From Bacteroidia bacterium (GTDB lineage Bacteria > Bacteroidota > Bacteroidia > AKYH767-A > OLB10), in assembly GCA_046330075.1 (NCBI GenBank), contig JAXLTL010000001.1, positions 930,341-994,340 of the forward strand: a stretch of DNA of 64,000 bases, read 5' to 3'. This document shows, piece by piece, positions 48,347-60,227 of the stretch. How positions within the stretch are numbered: position 1 is the stretch's first letter; the number at the start of each line of letters is the position of its first letter. The notes beneath the pieces are model-generated. The model had not been told where the DNA came from and made no database searches. It saw only the letters and a list, made by a program, of their open reading frames with translations. A program made the translations under genes and the position numbers.

Positions 48347-51022
48347 ATGGAAATCCCAAAGACGTTTCAACCCGATACCGCTGAGAAAAAATGGTATGCT
48401 TACTGGATGGAAAAGAAGTACTTCCGTTCAGTTCCGGACCATCGTGAACCTTACACCATCGTCATTCCTCCTCCCAATGTAACCGGAGTGTTGCACATGG
48501 GCCATATGTTAAATAATACGATTCAGGACGTATTGATCCGCCGTGCCCGTATGCTCGGTAAAAATGCCTGCTGGGTACCCGGTACCGACCATGCATCCAT
48601 TGCCACCGAAGCAAAGGTTGTTCAAATGCTACGGGAGAAAGGCATCAGGAAAGCCGATCTCAGCAGGGAAGACTTTCTGAAATATGCCTGGGAATGGAAG
48701 GAAAAATACGGAGGTATTATTCTCGAACAGCTGAAGAAACTCGGAGCCTCCTGCGACTGGGACCGAACCCGTTTTACGATGGAAGACGATCTCAGCGAAG
48801 CAGTAATCGATGTATTCATCGACCTCTATAAAAAAGGATACATCTACCGTGGTATGCGCATGGTGAACTGGGATCCTGCAGGACTCACGGCTGTAAGTGA
48901 CGAAGAGGTAATTCACAAAGAAGTACAGTCGAAGCTGACCTATGTACGTTATGTGATCGTTGATAAAGATGAAGCCTTTGATCCTTCTGATGCAGCGGCT
49001 CTTCAGCGAAAGTTCGACAATAACGAAACCATCACTATTGCAACGGTACGTCCTGAAACAATTTTAGGAGATACTGCGGTTTGTGTGCATCCCAACGATC
49101 CACGATATGCAGGTTTAAAAGGCAAGTACGCCATCATTCCGATGGTCAACCGTCGCGTACCGGTGATTTTTGATGAATACATTCTGATGGAATTCGGAAC
49201 CGGTGCATTGAAAGTAACACCGGCTCACGATATCAACGACTATAACCTGGGCGTTAAACATAAACTGGAAGTAATCGACACGTTGAATGCCGACGGAACG
49301 CTGAGTGCTGCCGCCGGGCACTATGTCGGTGAAGATCGTTTTGTTGTCCGTAAGAAGATTGTGAAAGATCTTCAGGAGATGGGACACGTGGTGAAGATCG
49401 AAGACTACACCAATAAGGTGGGTTACAGCGAGCGTACCGATGCGGTAATTGAACCCCGTTTAAGTATGCAGTGGTTTGTGAAGATGAAAGAATTCTCCAA
49501 ACCGGCACTTGACGCTGTTATGGACGGAGAGGTAAAGCTCCATCCCGAGAAATTCGTAAATACCTACCGCCACTGGATGGAAAACGTACACGACTGGTGC
49601 ATCTCCCGGCAGCTCTGGTGGGGACAACGCATACCGGCCTGGTACGACAACAAAGGCAACTTCACGGTTTGCAAAACCGCAGAAGAAGCACTGGCACAAC
49701 TCAAGCAACAGAATGCCGGTGTAACGGCTGCGGATATCCGTCAGGACGAAGACGTACTCGACACATGGTTCAGTTCCTGGCTCTGGCCGATTTCGGTATT
49801 TGACGGATTCAAAGACCCTGACAATGCCGACATCAAATACTACTACCCCACCAACGACCTCGTTTCCGCTCCGGAGATTCTCTTTTTCTGGATTGCACGG
49901 ATGATCATGGCCGGTTATGAATACCGGGGAAATAAACCCTTCGAAAACGTGTACCTTACCGGGATTGTTCGCGATAAGCAAGGACGCAAGATGAGCAAGT
50001 CGCTCGGCAACTCTCCCGATCCGCTCGACCTGATCGCCAAACACGGCGCGGACGGTGTACGTGTGGGCATGCTGCTCTCTTCACCTGCCGGCAACGACTT
50101 GTTGTTTGATGAAGGACTCTGTGAACAAGGCAGGAATTTCAGCAATAAAATCTGGAATGCCTTCCGACTGGTAAAAGGCTGGGAAGTGAGTACAACCATT
50201 CCACAACCGGATGTAAACAAAGCCGCTATTGCCTGGTTTGATGCACGCCTCAGCGAAGCCATTGGTGAAATCAACGAACATTACGAAAAGCTGCGCATCT
50301 CCGATGCCCTGATGAGCAGTTATAAACTGGTATGGGATGATTTCTGCGCCTGGTATCTCGAGCTTATCAAGCCGGCCTATCAGCAACCCATCGATGCGGC
50401 TACCCTCGAAAGCACAACGGTGTTCTTCGAAAAAATTCTCAGCATCATGCATCCGTTCATGCCGTTTATCACCGAAGAAATCTGGCATTTACTGAGAGAT
50501 CGCGCTGCCGGTGATGACATCATCATCGCTCATTGGCCGAAAGCAGGTACCATGGACAAGGCCATCCTCTCTGAGTTCCCTGTAGCGGCAGAGTTGATTT
50601 CAGAAATCCGGAATTTCCGACAGAGCAAAGGACTGAGTCCGAAGGAATCACTGGAGCTGATGGTCCGCACCAACGGTGATGTGCCTGCGCTGCATCGATT
50701 CGGAGAGGCTATCATCAAACTTGGAAATCTGAGTGCTATCCGTGCCATTACAGAAAAACCTCAGGGCGCATTTCCTTTCGTCATCCGCGAACTGGAATGT
50801 TTCATTCCAATGAGTGAAAACGTTGACAAAGATGCTGAACGGAAACGTTTGCAGGAAGAGCTTACCTATACACAGGGATTTCTGAAATCAGTGATGGGTA
50901 AGCTTGGAAATGAACGGTTCGTTTCCAATGCCAAACCTGAAGTTGTTGCCGCCGAACAAAAGAAAAAAGCTGACGCGGAAGCAAAGATCCGTGCCATTGA
51001 AGAAGCCTTATCTGCACTCTGA
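48347..51022 (+). CDS. valS: valine--tRNA ligase
   Basis: HMGH ([16 protein letters not shown]) and KMSKS (RKMSKSLGN) class I motifs. Editing domain. C-terminal coiled-coil. 890 aa. Confidence 0.95.
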   Translation: MEIPKTFQPDTAEKKWYAYWMEKKYFRSVPDHREPYTIVIPPPNVTGVLHMGHMLNNTIQDVLIRRARMLGKNACWVPGTDHASIATEAKVVQMLREKGIRKADLSREDFLKYAWEWKEKYGGIILEQLKKLGASCDWDRTRFTMEDDLSEAVIDVFIDLYKKGYIYRGMRMVNWDPAGLTAVSDEEVIHKEVQSKLTYVRYVIVDKDEAFDPSDAAALQRKFDNNETITIATVRPETILGDTAVCVHPNDPRYAGLKGKYAIIPMVNRRVPVIFDEYILMEFGTGALKVTPAHDINDYNLGVKHKLEVIDTLNADGTLSAAAGHYVGEDRFVVRKKIVKDLQEMGHVVKIEDYTNKVGYSERTDAVIEPRLSMQWFVKMKEFSKPALDAVMDGEVKLHPEKFVNTYRHWMENVHDWCISRQLWWGQRIPAWYDNKGNFTVCKTAEEALAQLKQQNAGVTAADIRQDEDVLDTWFSSWLWPISVFDGFKDPDNADIKYYYPTNDLVSAPEILFFWIARMIMAGYEYRGNKPFENVYLTGIVRDKQGRKMSKSLGNSPDPLDLIAKHGADGVRVGMLLSSPAGNDLLFDEGLCEQGRNFSNKIWNAFRLVKGWEVSTTIPQPDVNKAAIAWFDARLSEAIGEINEHYEKLRISDALMSSYKLVWDDFCAWYLELIKPAYQQPIDAATLESTTVFFEKILSIMHPFMPFITEEIWHLLRDRAAGDDIIIAHWPKAGTMDKAILSEFPVAAELISEIRNFRQSKGLSPKESLELMVRTNGDVPALHRFGEAIIKLGNLSAIRAITEKPQGAFPFVIRELECFIPMSENVDKDAERKRLQEELTYTQGFLKSVMGKLGNERFVSNAKPEVVAAEQKKKADAEAKIRAIEEALSAL

Positions 51023-52221
51023 TGCAACTGACCATTCGTCAATTATTCCTTCAGCATGTTGCTCAAACGAGTCCGGCACCTATGGGACTCGAACCTGAAC
51101 GGGCTGAAGGAATTTTTATTTACGGACGAAACGGGGAACGCTGGATGGATCTCATCAGCGGAATATCGGTAAGCAATGTCGGACACCGTCACCCGAAAGT
51201 GCTCGATGCAATAGAGACACAGCTGTCGAAATACATGCACCTGATGGTATACGGAGAGTATATTCAGTCGCCACAGGTACTCCTTGCTCAGCGACTGAGC
51301 TCTGTACTGCCGTCGCTTGACAGTGTTTACTTTGTTAACTCGGGCACCGAAGCCACCGAAGGCGCCATCAAGCTGGCGCGCAGAGCAACAGGACGAAAAA
51401 AAATCATCTCCTTCCGGAATGCCTATCATGGATCCACGAATGGCGCATTGAGTCTGATGAGCGATCCTTACTTCACCACACCATTTCACCCTCTCCTGCC
51501 GGAAGTCTATCATCTGGACTCAGGTGACTTTGGTGCATTGGAACAGATCGACGAACACACAGCCGGTGTCTTTGTGGAAATTATCCGCGGAGAAGCCGGT
51601 GCGGAAGAAGTTTCCCCGGACTTCCTCATGGCTCTCCGAAAACGCTGCCAGGAAACAGGAGCGCTGTTTATCGCAGATGAAATCCAAACGGGATTTGGAC
51701 GAACGGGAAAATTCTTCGCCTGCATGCATTACGATCTTGTTCCCGACATACTGCTCACTGCAAAAGGCATGGGTGGTGGTATGCCGATCGGAGCCTTCAT
51801 GAGCAACCGACGAATCATGCAAACGCTCAGTGATCAGCCGGTGCTGGGACATATTACCACCTTTGGCGGACATCCGGTAAGCTGTGCTGCATCCATCGCC
51901 ACTTTCGACATCGTTCAATCTCTCAACATTGAACACCGTATCCCTCAACTCGAGGCAATTTTCCGAACTGAATTAACACATCCGGCCATTCGTAAAATAA
52001 GTGGTAAAGGACTCTTACTGGCACTTGAGTTTGATACTGAGGAAGCCGCACGGCACATCATCACAGCCTGTATCGAACGGGGACTGATTACCGATTGGTT
52101 TCTTTTTGCCGCCCATAAACTGAGAATTTGTCCTCCGCTGACCATTTCCGAAGAACAGATCAGAGAAGCCTGCAGCATTCTCAGGGCCGCCATCGATTCC
52201 ACCTATCCTATTGGAAAATAA
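51022..52221 (+). CDS. class III PLP-dependent aminotransferase (acetylornithine/ornithine aminotransferase-like)
   Basis: GSGTEATEGAIKLAR, DEIQTGFGRTG, and a catalytic-Lys region (TAKGMGGG). The start overlaps the valS stop (TGATG). Confidence 0.75.
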   Translation: MQLTIRQLFLQHVAQTSPAPMGLEPERAEGIFIYGRNGERWMDLISGISVSNVGHRHPKVLDAIETQLSKYMHLMVYGEYIQSPQVLLAQRLSSVLPSLDSVYFVNSGTEATEGAIKLARRATGRKKIISFRNAYHGSTNGALSLMSDPYFTTPFHPLLPEVYHLDSGDFGALEQIDEHTAGVFVEIIRGEAGAEEVSPDFLMALRKRCQETGALFIADEIQTGFGRTGKFFACMHYDLVPDILLTAKGMGGGMPIGAFMSNRRIMQTLSDQPVLGHITTFGGHPVSCAASIATFDIVQSLNIEHRIPQLEAIFRTELTHPAIRKISGKGLLLALEFDTEEAARHIITACIERGLITDWFLFAAHKLRICPPLTISEEQIREACSILRAAIDSTYPIGK

Positions 52222-52318
52222 CCGATAACGGGGAATCAACCTCAAATCTTCATGCTTTGGCAGTACTTTTGTTCGCTGCAGGACCGACCGTTAAATCAGG
52301 TCTCTAAAACGATAAAAC

Positions 52319-52993
52319 ATGAACGTATTGATTGTGGAAGATGAGCGCTCGCTCTCTCACGAAATGGAAATCTACCTCACCCGACAGAACTTCAACTGTG
52401 ATGTTGCTTTCAATGGTAAAAGCGGGTCGGATAAAATCCACGCCAACAGTTACGACTTCGTATTGCTTGACCTCGGCTTGCCCGACATTGACGGACTTGA
52501 ATTGCTGAAAGAATCTAAAAAATCAGGAATTGAAAGCGCCTTTATCATTCTCACCGCACGCGGAGAAGTAGAAGATAAAATTACCGGGCTGGATCTGGGT
52601 GCTGACGACTATATCCCAAAACCATTTTCACTTGCAGAACTCCACAGCCGGATGCAGGCCATCTTACGCAGAAAACACGGCTTAAAGTCGAATGTCATGC
52701 ATGTACATGACTTCGCCATCGATATTCAAAACAGAACGGTAGCCTGCAACGGACAAAATATCAACCTCACCAAGAAAGAATTCGACCTTTTGCATTATCT
52801 TGCCCTGCATAAAAACCGTGTCCTGACACGTATGCAGTTAACCGAACACATCTGGGGGGATGTACTTGAAGACGATTACGAATCAAATTACATCGACGTC
52901 CACGTGAAAAACCTGCGAAAGAAGCTCTCCACACATGCACCTATCGAATGGTTTGAAACCGTTCGAGGAGTGGGGTATCGCATAAACGCCTGA
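52319..52993 (+). CDS. OmpR-family response regulator
   Basis: Receiver domain (VLIVEDE, D54-equivalent in LLDLGLPD). Winged-helix trans_reg_C at the C-terminus. Confidence 0.85.
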   Translation: MNVLIVEDERSLSHEMEIYLTRQNFNCDVAFNGKSGSDKIHANSYDFVLLDLGLPDIDGLELLKESKKSGIESAFIILTARGEVEDKITGLDLGADDYIPKPFSLAELHSRMQAILRRKHGLKSNVMHVHDFAIDIQNRTVACNGQNINLTKKEFDLLHYLALHKNRVLTRMQLTEHIWGDVLEDDYESNYIDVHVKNLRKKLSTHAPIEWFETVRGVGYRINA

Positions 52994-52998
52994 GTGAA

Positions 52999-54342
52999 TT
53001 GATAAGGCTGCCCTGGAACAGCACCATGACCATTCAGGTCAAGTTCGCAGTATACAATGCTGTGTCGAAGGCGCTTATTATTCTTGCTTTTACGGCATTG
53101 CTGCCGGTGCTGGTAGAGCGTATCGTTTATGAGCACATTGACAAACGGCTCATCGCCCGCAGTGAACGCGTACTGCTGACTGTTCGCAAGGGAAGCATCG
53201 CAGATATCGTTCGCGAGCAGGACTGCAGTTTTGAAAGTTACAATATCCTGAAAGAGGAATTTGTCGCCATTTATCCGATTACAGATTTTAAACGACTGTC
53301 ACAGGGTACCATTATACGTGACGAAACCTGGTCGATTGAAGGTGAACTTCTGCAACACCGGATTATCAAGCGACCGTTTCTGTACGATAATCAGATGTAT
53401 GAACTTAACATTGGTGAAGGAACCGGTGCCATAGATGATCTCAAATCGATTATACAACGCTTCATGCTGCTGATGATGGTTGCTGTCATCACGATTTCAC
53501 TGTTTGTTGACTTAGGATTCGTACGGTTATTGTTACGACCGCTCAATAAAATTATCGATACCAAACTCAAACCGGTACCTGCTCCTACCAACTTTAATTT
53601 TGAACCCATCCCCAGTTCCACCACTGAATTCACCCAGCTCGACAACCGTATCAATGAAATGATGCATAAACTGAAAGATTCCTTTCTGATCGAAAAGGAA
53701 TTCATCAGCAATGTATCACATGAATTGCAAACGCCCATCAGCATCATTCAGAATCGTCTGGAAAACATCATGATTGAAGGCAATGTTTCGGACGAAGTAC
53801 TGATCAAGCTTTCGGAATCACAACGTACGCTGAACCGGATGAGCAGGATCATCAAAGCGCTGCTGCTGATTTCAAAAATCGAAAACGACCAATACCTGAA
53901 ACAGGAGAATGCAAGTATTACCGGCATCCTTGATGAAGTATTGGAAGAAGTTGAAGAACGGCTGCAGGAAAAAGAACTTAAATTACACAAGCACTTTTAC
54001 AACGATTTTGAATACGGGCCCTGCAACAAAGCCTTGTTATTTACGATGTTCATGAACCTTGTAAACAACGCGATCAAGTACAATAAAGAAGGAGGGCAGA
54101 TAATCATAACAACGCGCTACTCCGATCAGCGTTTCGAAGTTGAAATCAAGGATTCAGGTATTGGTATGGAACAGGCTGAACTTCCCGGAATATTTGACCG
54201 GTTCCGCCGTCTCAATAAAGCCAAGGCTGACGGTTACGGACTTGGATTACCGATTGTAAAAACGATTGCAGCCTTTCATCATATTGAAGTGCGTGTAAGT
54301 TCAAAGCCTGACGAAGGCACTGTATTTACACTTACATTCTGA
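52999..54342 (+). CDS. sensor histidine kinase
   Basis: Two TM helices. HisKA H-box SHELQTPIS. HATPase_c N, G1 and G2 boxes (NAIKYN, DSGIGM, GYGLGL). Confidence 0.8.
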   Translation: MIRLPWNSTMTIQVKFAVYNAVSKALIILAFTALLPVLVERIVYEHIDKRLIARSERVLLTVRKGSIADIVREQDCSFESYNILKEEFVAIYPITDFKRLSQGTIIRDETWSIEGELLQHRIIKRPFLYDNQMYELNIGEGTGAIDDLKSIIQRFMLLMMVAVITISLFVDLGFVRLLLRPLNKIIDTKLKPVPAPTNFNFEPIPSSTTEFTQLDNRINEMMHKLKDSFLIEKEFISNVSHELQTPISIIQNRLENIMIEGNVSDEVLIKLSESQRTLNRMSRIIKALLLISKIENDQYLKQENASITGILDEVLEEVEERLQEKELKLHKHFYNDFEYGPCNKALLFTMFMNLVNNAIKYNKEGGQIIITTRYSDQRFEVEIKDSGIGMEQAELPGIFDRFRRLNKAKADGYGLGLPIVKTIAAFHHIEVRVSSKPDEGTVFTLTF

Positions 54343-54343
54343 A

Positions 54344-54706
54344 TCAGTACTGACCAGTACCCAGCATAACAAGCGTGCAGGCTTCCAGCACTTCTACTCC
54401 GTCTTTCCGCAGATCTTCCTGAAACGATACCGACTCTGTTCCCGGATTAAAAATCACTCTGCGGGGATGCAGGCTTCGGACATACTCTTCCACTTCCGCC
54501 TGATGTTGTGGTCCTACATACAAGGTAACGGTATCCACATCCGAAAACAAGGGGTGACCGGTTTCAATTTCCACATCTTCTACCCTGCCCTTTTTAAGAC
54601 CAACAGCATGTACCGGTATACCTTTTGACCTCAGCCGGCGAATGGCCATATTGGAATAACGCTGAGGGTTTTCAGAAGCTCCTATGACGAGCGTATGTGT
54701 TTTCAT
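54344..54706 (-). CDS. CoA-binding domain protein (YccU-like)
   Basis: VIGASENPQRYSNMA Rossmann motif. 120 aa. Confidence 0.65.
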   Translation of the reverse strand: MKTHTLVIGASENPQRYSNMAIRRLRSKGIPVHAVGLKKGRVEDVEIETGHPLFSDVDTVTLYVGPQHQAEVEEYVRSLHPRRVIFNPGTESVSFQEDLRKDGVEVLEACTLVMLGTGQY

Positions 54707-55956
54707 GATACTTCCAGATAATCCAGGTCTTTGGAGAAGGTCTCCTTTATACTCATGGTCGCCAGCATGGCCAGTCCGATACAGATTATTCCGACTACCA
54801 CAGCGCCCATTACACTCCCATTGGATAGTTCAAGTGATTTAAACCCGAGTGTAATGGGTATCACGGCACCGCGCACAAAATTAGGGACAGTGGTTGTAAC
54901 CGTTGCGCGGATGTTCGTACCAAACTGTTCGGACGCTATCGTCACAAACAATGCCCAGTAGCCTGTAGCACACCCCAGCATAAAACACATAAAATAATAA
55001 GCATTTGCCGGCATTCCTTTGGCAAAGAGGAAAACAGCCACCAACAACACCGTGCCCCAGAGATATCCCATTACAATTTTCTTCCTGCTTCTGAATATCT
55101 GACTCAGAATTCCGGAAATCAGATCGCCTACTGACAATCCGATGTAGGCATACATAATGGCGAAGCCCACTTTTACCTCACCAACAACACCCGAAATGGC
55201 TGCGAATTTCTCCGAGAATTTTATCAGGATGCCAATGCAATACCACACCGGCAATCCGATCAGGATGCAGGCCAGATATTTTCTGAAACGCTTTCCATCA
55301 GCAAAGAGCATAAAGAAATTCCCTTTCTGTATATTTTTTTGCTTCCTGACCTGATCAAACATACCCGATTCATAAGTGCCAACCCGCAGCAGCAGCAAGA
55401 GCAATCCAAGTCCGCCACCGATGAGATACGCAATCTGCCAGGGCTGCAATCCAAATACATGAAATGGATTGTTGGAGATCAACGCTGCTGCAACGGCACC
55501 GAGTGCCCCCATGGTAACAATCAGCATGGTGCCATAACCGCGGTGTTCTTTATGCATTATTTCCGACACCAGCGTGATCGCCGCGCCAAGTTCTCCGGCC
55601 AATCCTACTCCCGCAACAAAACGAACCAGACTGTACTGGTCCAGATTCACCACAAAAGCATTGGCAATATTCGCGAGTGAATACAACAGGATGGAACCGA
55701 AGAGTACTGACTTTCGTCCTTTCTGATCACCCAAAACGCCCCACAACAATCCGCCGGTCAGCATGCCCGCCATCTGCCACAAAAACAAGATATAGTCAAA
55801 TCTGTCTACGATAGCAGGATCAGCAATGCCAATGCCGCGTATGCTCGTTTTACTCACCACATTGAACAATTGCAGATCATAGATATCTACAAAGTACCCA
55901 AGGGCAGCAACAAGCACGATCAGGTTAAATGGATTCTTGGTTCCTTGTTTCGACAT
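54703..55956 (-). CDS. MFS transporter
   Basis: 12 TM helices and MFS signature loops (GDQKGRK). Confidence 0.8.
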   Translation of the reverse strand: MSKQGTKNPFNLIVLVAALGYFVDIYDLQLFNVVSKTSIRGIGIADPAIVDRFDYILFLWQMAGMLTGGLLWGVLGDQKGRKSVLFGSILLYSLANIANAFVVNLDQYSLVRFVAGVGLAGELGAAITLVSEIMHKEHRGYGTMLIVTMGALGAVAAALISNNPFHVFGLQPWQIAYLIGGGLGLLLLLLRVGTYESGMFDQVRKQKNIQKGNFFMLFADGKRFRKYLACILIGLPVWYCIGILIKFSEKFAAISGVVGEVKVGFAIMYAYIGLSVGDLISGILSQIFRSRKKIVMGYLWGTVLLVAVFLFAKGMPANAYYFMCFMLGCATGYWALFVTIASEQFGTNIRATVTTTVPNFVRGAVIPITLGFKSLELSNGSVMGAVVVGIICIGLAMLATMSIKETFSKDLDYLEVS

Positions 55957-55965
55957 ATCACGAAA

Positions 55966-57756
55966 TTAATATAACTCCACGACTTTTGCGCTCATCGGTT
56001 CAAGCTGCAGGGGAATACCACTAAACCTGTTTTCCTGTACATGCAGCTTATCGGTTTTGATTTCTCCTGCAAGAGGTTCATTGTTCAGTATCTTATACCG
56101 AATGGATTTCTTTCCCGACAACCCGATATTCATGAGTGCATCGTCAGGAATTTTAACATGTACCGCGTACGGCGAAGATGGATTAAAATTGACCACAATC
56201 AGCAGTTTCTGCTCTTTGGCATGGCGAATAAACGCATAAATATATCGTTCATCAAACCCTTCACTCTGATGGTGCCTGTTTACATACTGTAAATCATAAA
56301 AACCTCCGTTTGCGATCGCCGGTGAATCAGCTGCCAGTTTCAGCAACTCTTTATACGCCCGGTATAACTGTTGCTGTTCCTCGGTGAACTGTCCTCCGTC
56401 ACATTTCCCTTTATTGTACCAGCGCAAATGCTCCGGCACACTGCAATAATCGAAAATGGAAGTGCGCTGTCGGGATCCTGCAAAACCAACATTTTCTTCG
56501 GCCCTGACTCCCGATTCCTGTCCGAAATAGATCATCACCGGGCCTTTTGAAATCAATGCACAAACATACATGGCGGGAATGACCGCCAGAGGATTTCCCA
56601 CACTTGCAAAATTTGCCAGTCGTTCTTCGTCGTGATTCTCCATAAACGACAACATTTTTTCCGAGTGATATTCCACACTTCGTGTACAATGGGTAATATC
56701 ATCTGCTGCAGTCTGACCTTTTAATACAGCCAGCAGTGTATCATATAAGGAAACCTTGTCGTAGAGGTAGTCGAAGTACCCTTTCTCCAGGTACCGCAGA
56801 TACAGTTCAGGTTTATAAATTTCGGCGATAAAAAGAACTTCCGGGTAATGGGTTTTCACACATGGTATCACCCACTCCCAAAACTCCGCAGGCACCATCT
56901 CGGCCATATCACATCGGAAGCCGTCTACACCTTTCGCCGACCAATACAATAAGATATCCAGTAGTTTTTGCCACACCGGAGGTATCGGATCAAAATGGCA
57001 TTCATGCGGAGGATGCGGGTTTACTCCAAAATTCAGCTTCACTGTTTCAAACCAGTCTTGTGAAGATGGCGCAGCACTGTACACATCGTTCCCTGTAACA
57101 CGAGCAGGGTTTTCAGAAAAGTGCTGCATGGCAGAAGATAATTTCAGTCCGCCCAATGGCTGATAATCAGCAGGCGGCCGGAAAGATTGATGCGGCAGAT
57201 ACAGGAAATCATTTTCAGGGCTAAACAACACCTCACGGTTGTCGTGCGTTCCGAAGTCGGGGAATTTTCCGGGGTTTAGATCTGAATGATAGTTTCGCCC
57301 CAGATGATTCGGAATGAAATCGATGATCGCCTTCATTCCTGCTGCGTGGGTACGGTCAATCATCGCAACAAATTCTTCGATTCTCTTGCCCGGGTCATTG
57401 GAGAGGTCAGCATCCACATCGTAATAATCCCTGACTGCATAGGGAGAACCGGCACGACCTTTTACGATACGCGGATCATCTGCTTCAATTCCATGTTCAG
57501 GATATGCAGTAACGCTGCTGTGTTCAAGCACACCGGTATACCAGATATGCGTAACTCCAAAATCGCGCAACGCCTTCAGAACAACCGGAGTGATATCATC
57601 AAACTTTCCACAACCATTCTCGCGGATGGTACCATAAGGCTTGTTCTTCGTACGGGTATTCGAGAATAACCGGACAAACAGCTGATAAACTATATGTTTA
57701 TGTGACGCAGAAGAGAAATGGCCCATTTTCATACCTGAAGCATGAAAATAGGCCAT
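55966..57756 (-). CDS. GH13 alpha-amylase family glycoside hydrolase
   Basis: GVDGFRCDMAEM catalytic nucleophile region. FIAEIY (Glu acid/base). NHDE region. Start could be M9 or M11 (57732/57726). Confidence 0.8.
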   Translation of the reverse strand: MAYFHASGMKMGHFSSASHKHIVYQLFVRLFSNTRTKNKPYGTIRENGCGKFDDITPVVLKALRDFGVTHIWYTGVLEHSSVTAYPEHGIEADDPRIVKGRAGSPYAVRDYYDVDADLSNDPGKRIEEFVAMIDRTHAAGMKAIIDFIPNHLGRNYHSDLNPGKFPDFGTHDNREVLFSPENDFLYLPHQSFRPPADYQPLGGLKLSSAMQHFSENPARVTGNDVYSAAPSSQDWFETVKLNFGVNPHPPHECHFDPIPPVWQKLLDILLYWSAKGVDGFRCDMAEMVPAEFWEWVIPCVKTHYPEVLFIAEIYKPELYLRYLEKGYFDYLYDKVSLYDTLLAVLKGQTAADDITHCTRSVEYHSEKMLSFMENHDEERLANFASVGNPLAVIPAMYVCALISKGPVMIYFGQESGVRAEENVGFAGSRQRTSIFDYCSVPEHLRWYNKGKCDGGQFTEEQQQLYRAYKELLKLAADSPAIANGGFYDLQYVNRHHQSEGFDERYIYAFIRHAKEQKLLIVVNFNPSSPYAVHVKIPDDALMNIGLSGKKSIRYKILNNEPLAGEIKTDKLHVQENRFSGIPLQLEPMSAKVVELY

Positions 57757-57805
57757 TGGTTATTTGGCTTTACTGTGTGTCGCTGTGATTTTAAACAACC
57801 CGTTG

Positions 57806-58393
57806 TTAACCCTTCACTCCGCGAAGAATTAAACGGGTAGTAAACCTGATATCTTCAATAGCGGCTGATTCAGCATGTTGCAGATCAGTACCATTCGGCT
57901 GCACTTTGAATGCCGAAGCTACTTTCAGCAACACCTCTGATAATTTACCGGAATCCGTACGATTGATTTCACCTCTGTGGATTCCTTCTTCCAATACTTC
58001 CTTCAGCAGGTTTTTCTCTTCACTCAGGATTCCCTGACGCAATGTATTGAAAATAGGTTCGATCTTCTTGACTACATCATTTGTAATATCCTGCAGATGC
58101 TTGATCCGTTTGTAAAACCGGGTTCTTTCCGAAAGGAAGTAGATCACTTTCTCTTCCGCTGTACGGAAAGTATGGAGTTTATTACGGACCTCTTCTCTGA
58201 AGCGCTGAGCTTCTGCATAAATCACATCACAGAACAGATCTTCCTTGCTGTTATAATAGTAGTACAAGGAAGCTTTATTCAATTTCACCTTTCCGCCGAT
58301 ATCATCCAGCGTTGTTTTGTCGTATCCGAGTTGGGAAAAACACTCGGTGGCTGCATTCAGAATCATTTGCTTTTTTTCTTCCCTTTTTACCAT
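57806..58393 (-). CDS. TetR/AcrR family transcriptional regulator
   Basis: N-terminal HTH (TTLDDIGGKVKLNKASLYYYY). Confidence 0.8.
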   Translation of the reverse strand: MVKREEKKQMILNAATECFSQLGYDKTTLDDIGGKVKLNKASLYYYYNSKEDLFCDVIYAEAQRFREEVRNKLHTFRTAEEKVIYFLSERTRFYKRIKHLQDITNDVVKKIEPIFNTLRQGILSEEKNLLKEVLEEGIHRGEINRTDSGKLSEVLLKVASAFKVQPNGTDLQHAESAAIEDIRFTTRLILRGVKG

Positions 58394-58658
58394 TTCGTTG
58401 GTTATTGTAAAAGCAAATTTAAGTTCCCCATACTCCTGAGGAATTAAAAATGCTCGAACAAAGCGTTAGAAATGCTGAACGAGAATATCAGGAAACTGAA
58501 CCGGAAAATGGCATTTCTAAACCGGAAAAAGGGGTGATTCGCCCAAGAATTGCCTGAATTCACCTACATTTTTCTATAATTTGCCAAAATACAGGGTTTG
58601 ACATAACTTAGATTAGGGATACAAAAAGGACTTTCAGGTCGTTTTGAATGAACAATCG

Positions 58659-60218
58659 TTAAAACCAGGACTTCTTCCGGCTTCTTGAACTTCCACCCAA
58701 TCCAAGCACACCGAGTAAGCCACGGGTGACTTCGCGGGCGATGGTGCGGGCTACCTGACGGCCAACGGTACTGTCAAGCGCATCTCCGATTACAGAGCCT
58801 TCCTCCTTTTCTGCCTTTTTGGAAGATGCTGTTGGCTCAGCTTCTCCGGCTTCCTGTTTACCCGCTGCATCCAGTTTCCCATTCAGAATTTCATACGCAC
58901 TCTCCCGGTCTACCTGCTGACTGTATTTCTTAAATAGCGGAGAATTACTGATGATTGCATCCTGCTCACTTTCTGTTAACACATCCATTCTGGAGCCGGG
59001 AGCACATAAACAGGTATGCACTAACGGCGAAGGAGTACCTTTTTCAGTGAGTGCGGTAACCAGTGCTTCTCCGATTCCCAATTCGGTAATTAACGTATCT
59101 ACTTTGTAAAAATCTGATTCCGGATAATTCTCAGACACCATTTTAATCGCTTTGCGGTCGTTGGCAGTAAAAGCACGCAGGGCATGCTGAATTTTTAATC
59201 CCAACTGTCCAAGTATTGCTGCAGGAATGTCGACAGGCGTTTGAGTACAGAAAATAATCCCTACACCTTTTGAACGAATGAGTTTAATGATGGACTCTAG
59301 CTGATCCAATAATGCCTTACTCGCTTCTTTAAAGATCAGATGTGCTTCGTCGATAAAGAGTACCAGTTTCGGTTGCTCCATATCGCCTTCTTCCGGAAAG
59401 TGCTGATAGATCTCTGCCAAGAGGCAAAGCATAAAAGTTGAAAAGAGTTTTGGTTTATCCTGGATATCGGTAAGCCGGACAATATGAATAAATCCTTTCC
59501 CGTCATCGCTGATGCGCAGCAGGTCTTCTGTGTCAAAGGATAACTCGCCAAAAAACAATTCAGCACCCTGCTCTTCAATCTCAATAATCTTCCGAAGTAT
59601 AGTCGAGGCAGAAGCTGTTGATATAGCTCCGTACTCTTTCTTAATCTCTTCCTTGCCTTCGTTGGTGCAATATTGCAGTACCTTTTTAAAATCCTTCAGA
59701 TCGAGCAAAGCAAGGCTCTTATCATCGGCATATTTAAACACCAGTGATACAACACCGGATTGCGTATCGTTGAGTCCGAGAATTTTTGAAAACAGCACCG
59801 GCCCGAATTCAGATACCGTAGCTCGCAGGCGCACACCTTTCTCACCCGACAGACTCATCAGTTCACAAGGAAACGATTGTGCCTTCCAGGGTATACCCAG
59901 TTTTTCGTGGCGGGAAGATATCTTATCATTTACAGTACCCGGAGCTGCAATTCCGCTCAGGTCACCTTTGATATCCATCATCATTACATTCACACCGTGT
60001 GCAGACAGTCCTTCCGCAAGTCCTTGCAGCGTTTTTGTTTTTCCGGTTCCTGTTGCGCCGGCAATTAAACCATGCCTGTTCAGGGTAGCAAGCGGAATCT
60101 GAATTTTTGCCTCCGGAACAATCTCCCCGTTCAGCATCCCGGCGCCAATGAGCAGGCTGCCGCCTTTAGGAGTGTAGCCTTTCAGGATTTCTTCTTTGAA
60201 AACTTCTGCGTTACTCAT
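58659..60218 (-). CDS. HerA-like / DUF853 family P-loop ATPase (YjgR-like)
   Basis: Walker A GATGTGKT. Walker B LVLFIDEAH. About 520 aa with a basic C-terminal tail. Confidence 0.7.
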   Translation of the reverse strand: MSNAEVFKEEILKGYTPKGGSLLIGAGMLNGEIVPEAKIQIPLATLNRHGLIAGATGTGKTKTLQGLAEGLSAHGVNVMMMDIKGDLSGIAAPGTVNDKISSRHEKLGIPWKAQSFPCELMSLSGEKGVRLRATVSEFGPVLFSKILGLNDTQSGVVSLVFKYADDKSLALLDLKDFKKVLQYCTNEGKEEIKKEYGAISTASASTILRKIIEIEEQGAELFFGELSFDTEDLLRISDDGKGFIHIVRLTDIQDKPKLFSTFMLCLLAEIYQHFPEEGDMEQPKLVLFIDEAHLIFKEASKALLDQLESIIKLIRSKGVGIIFCTQTPVDIPAAILGQLGLKIQHALRAFTANDRKAIKMVSENYPESDFYKVDTLITELGIGEALVTALTEKGTPSPLVHTCLCAPGSRMDVLTESEQDAIISNSPLFKKYSQQVDRESAYEILNGKLDAAGKQEAGEAEPTASSKKAEKEEGSVIGDALDSTVGRQVARTIAREVTRGLLGVLGLGGSSRSRKKSWF

Positions 60219-60227
60219 GTGTGAATA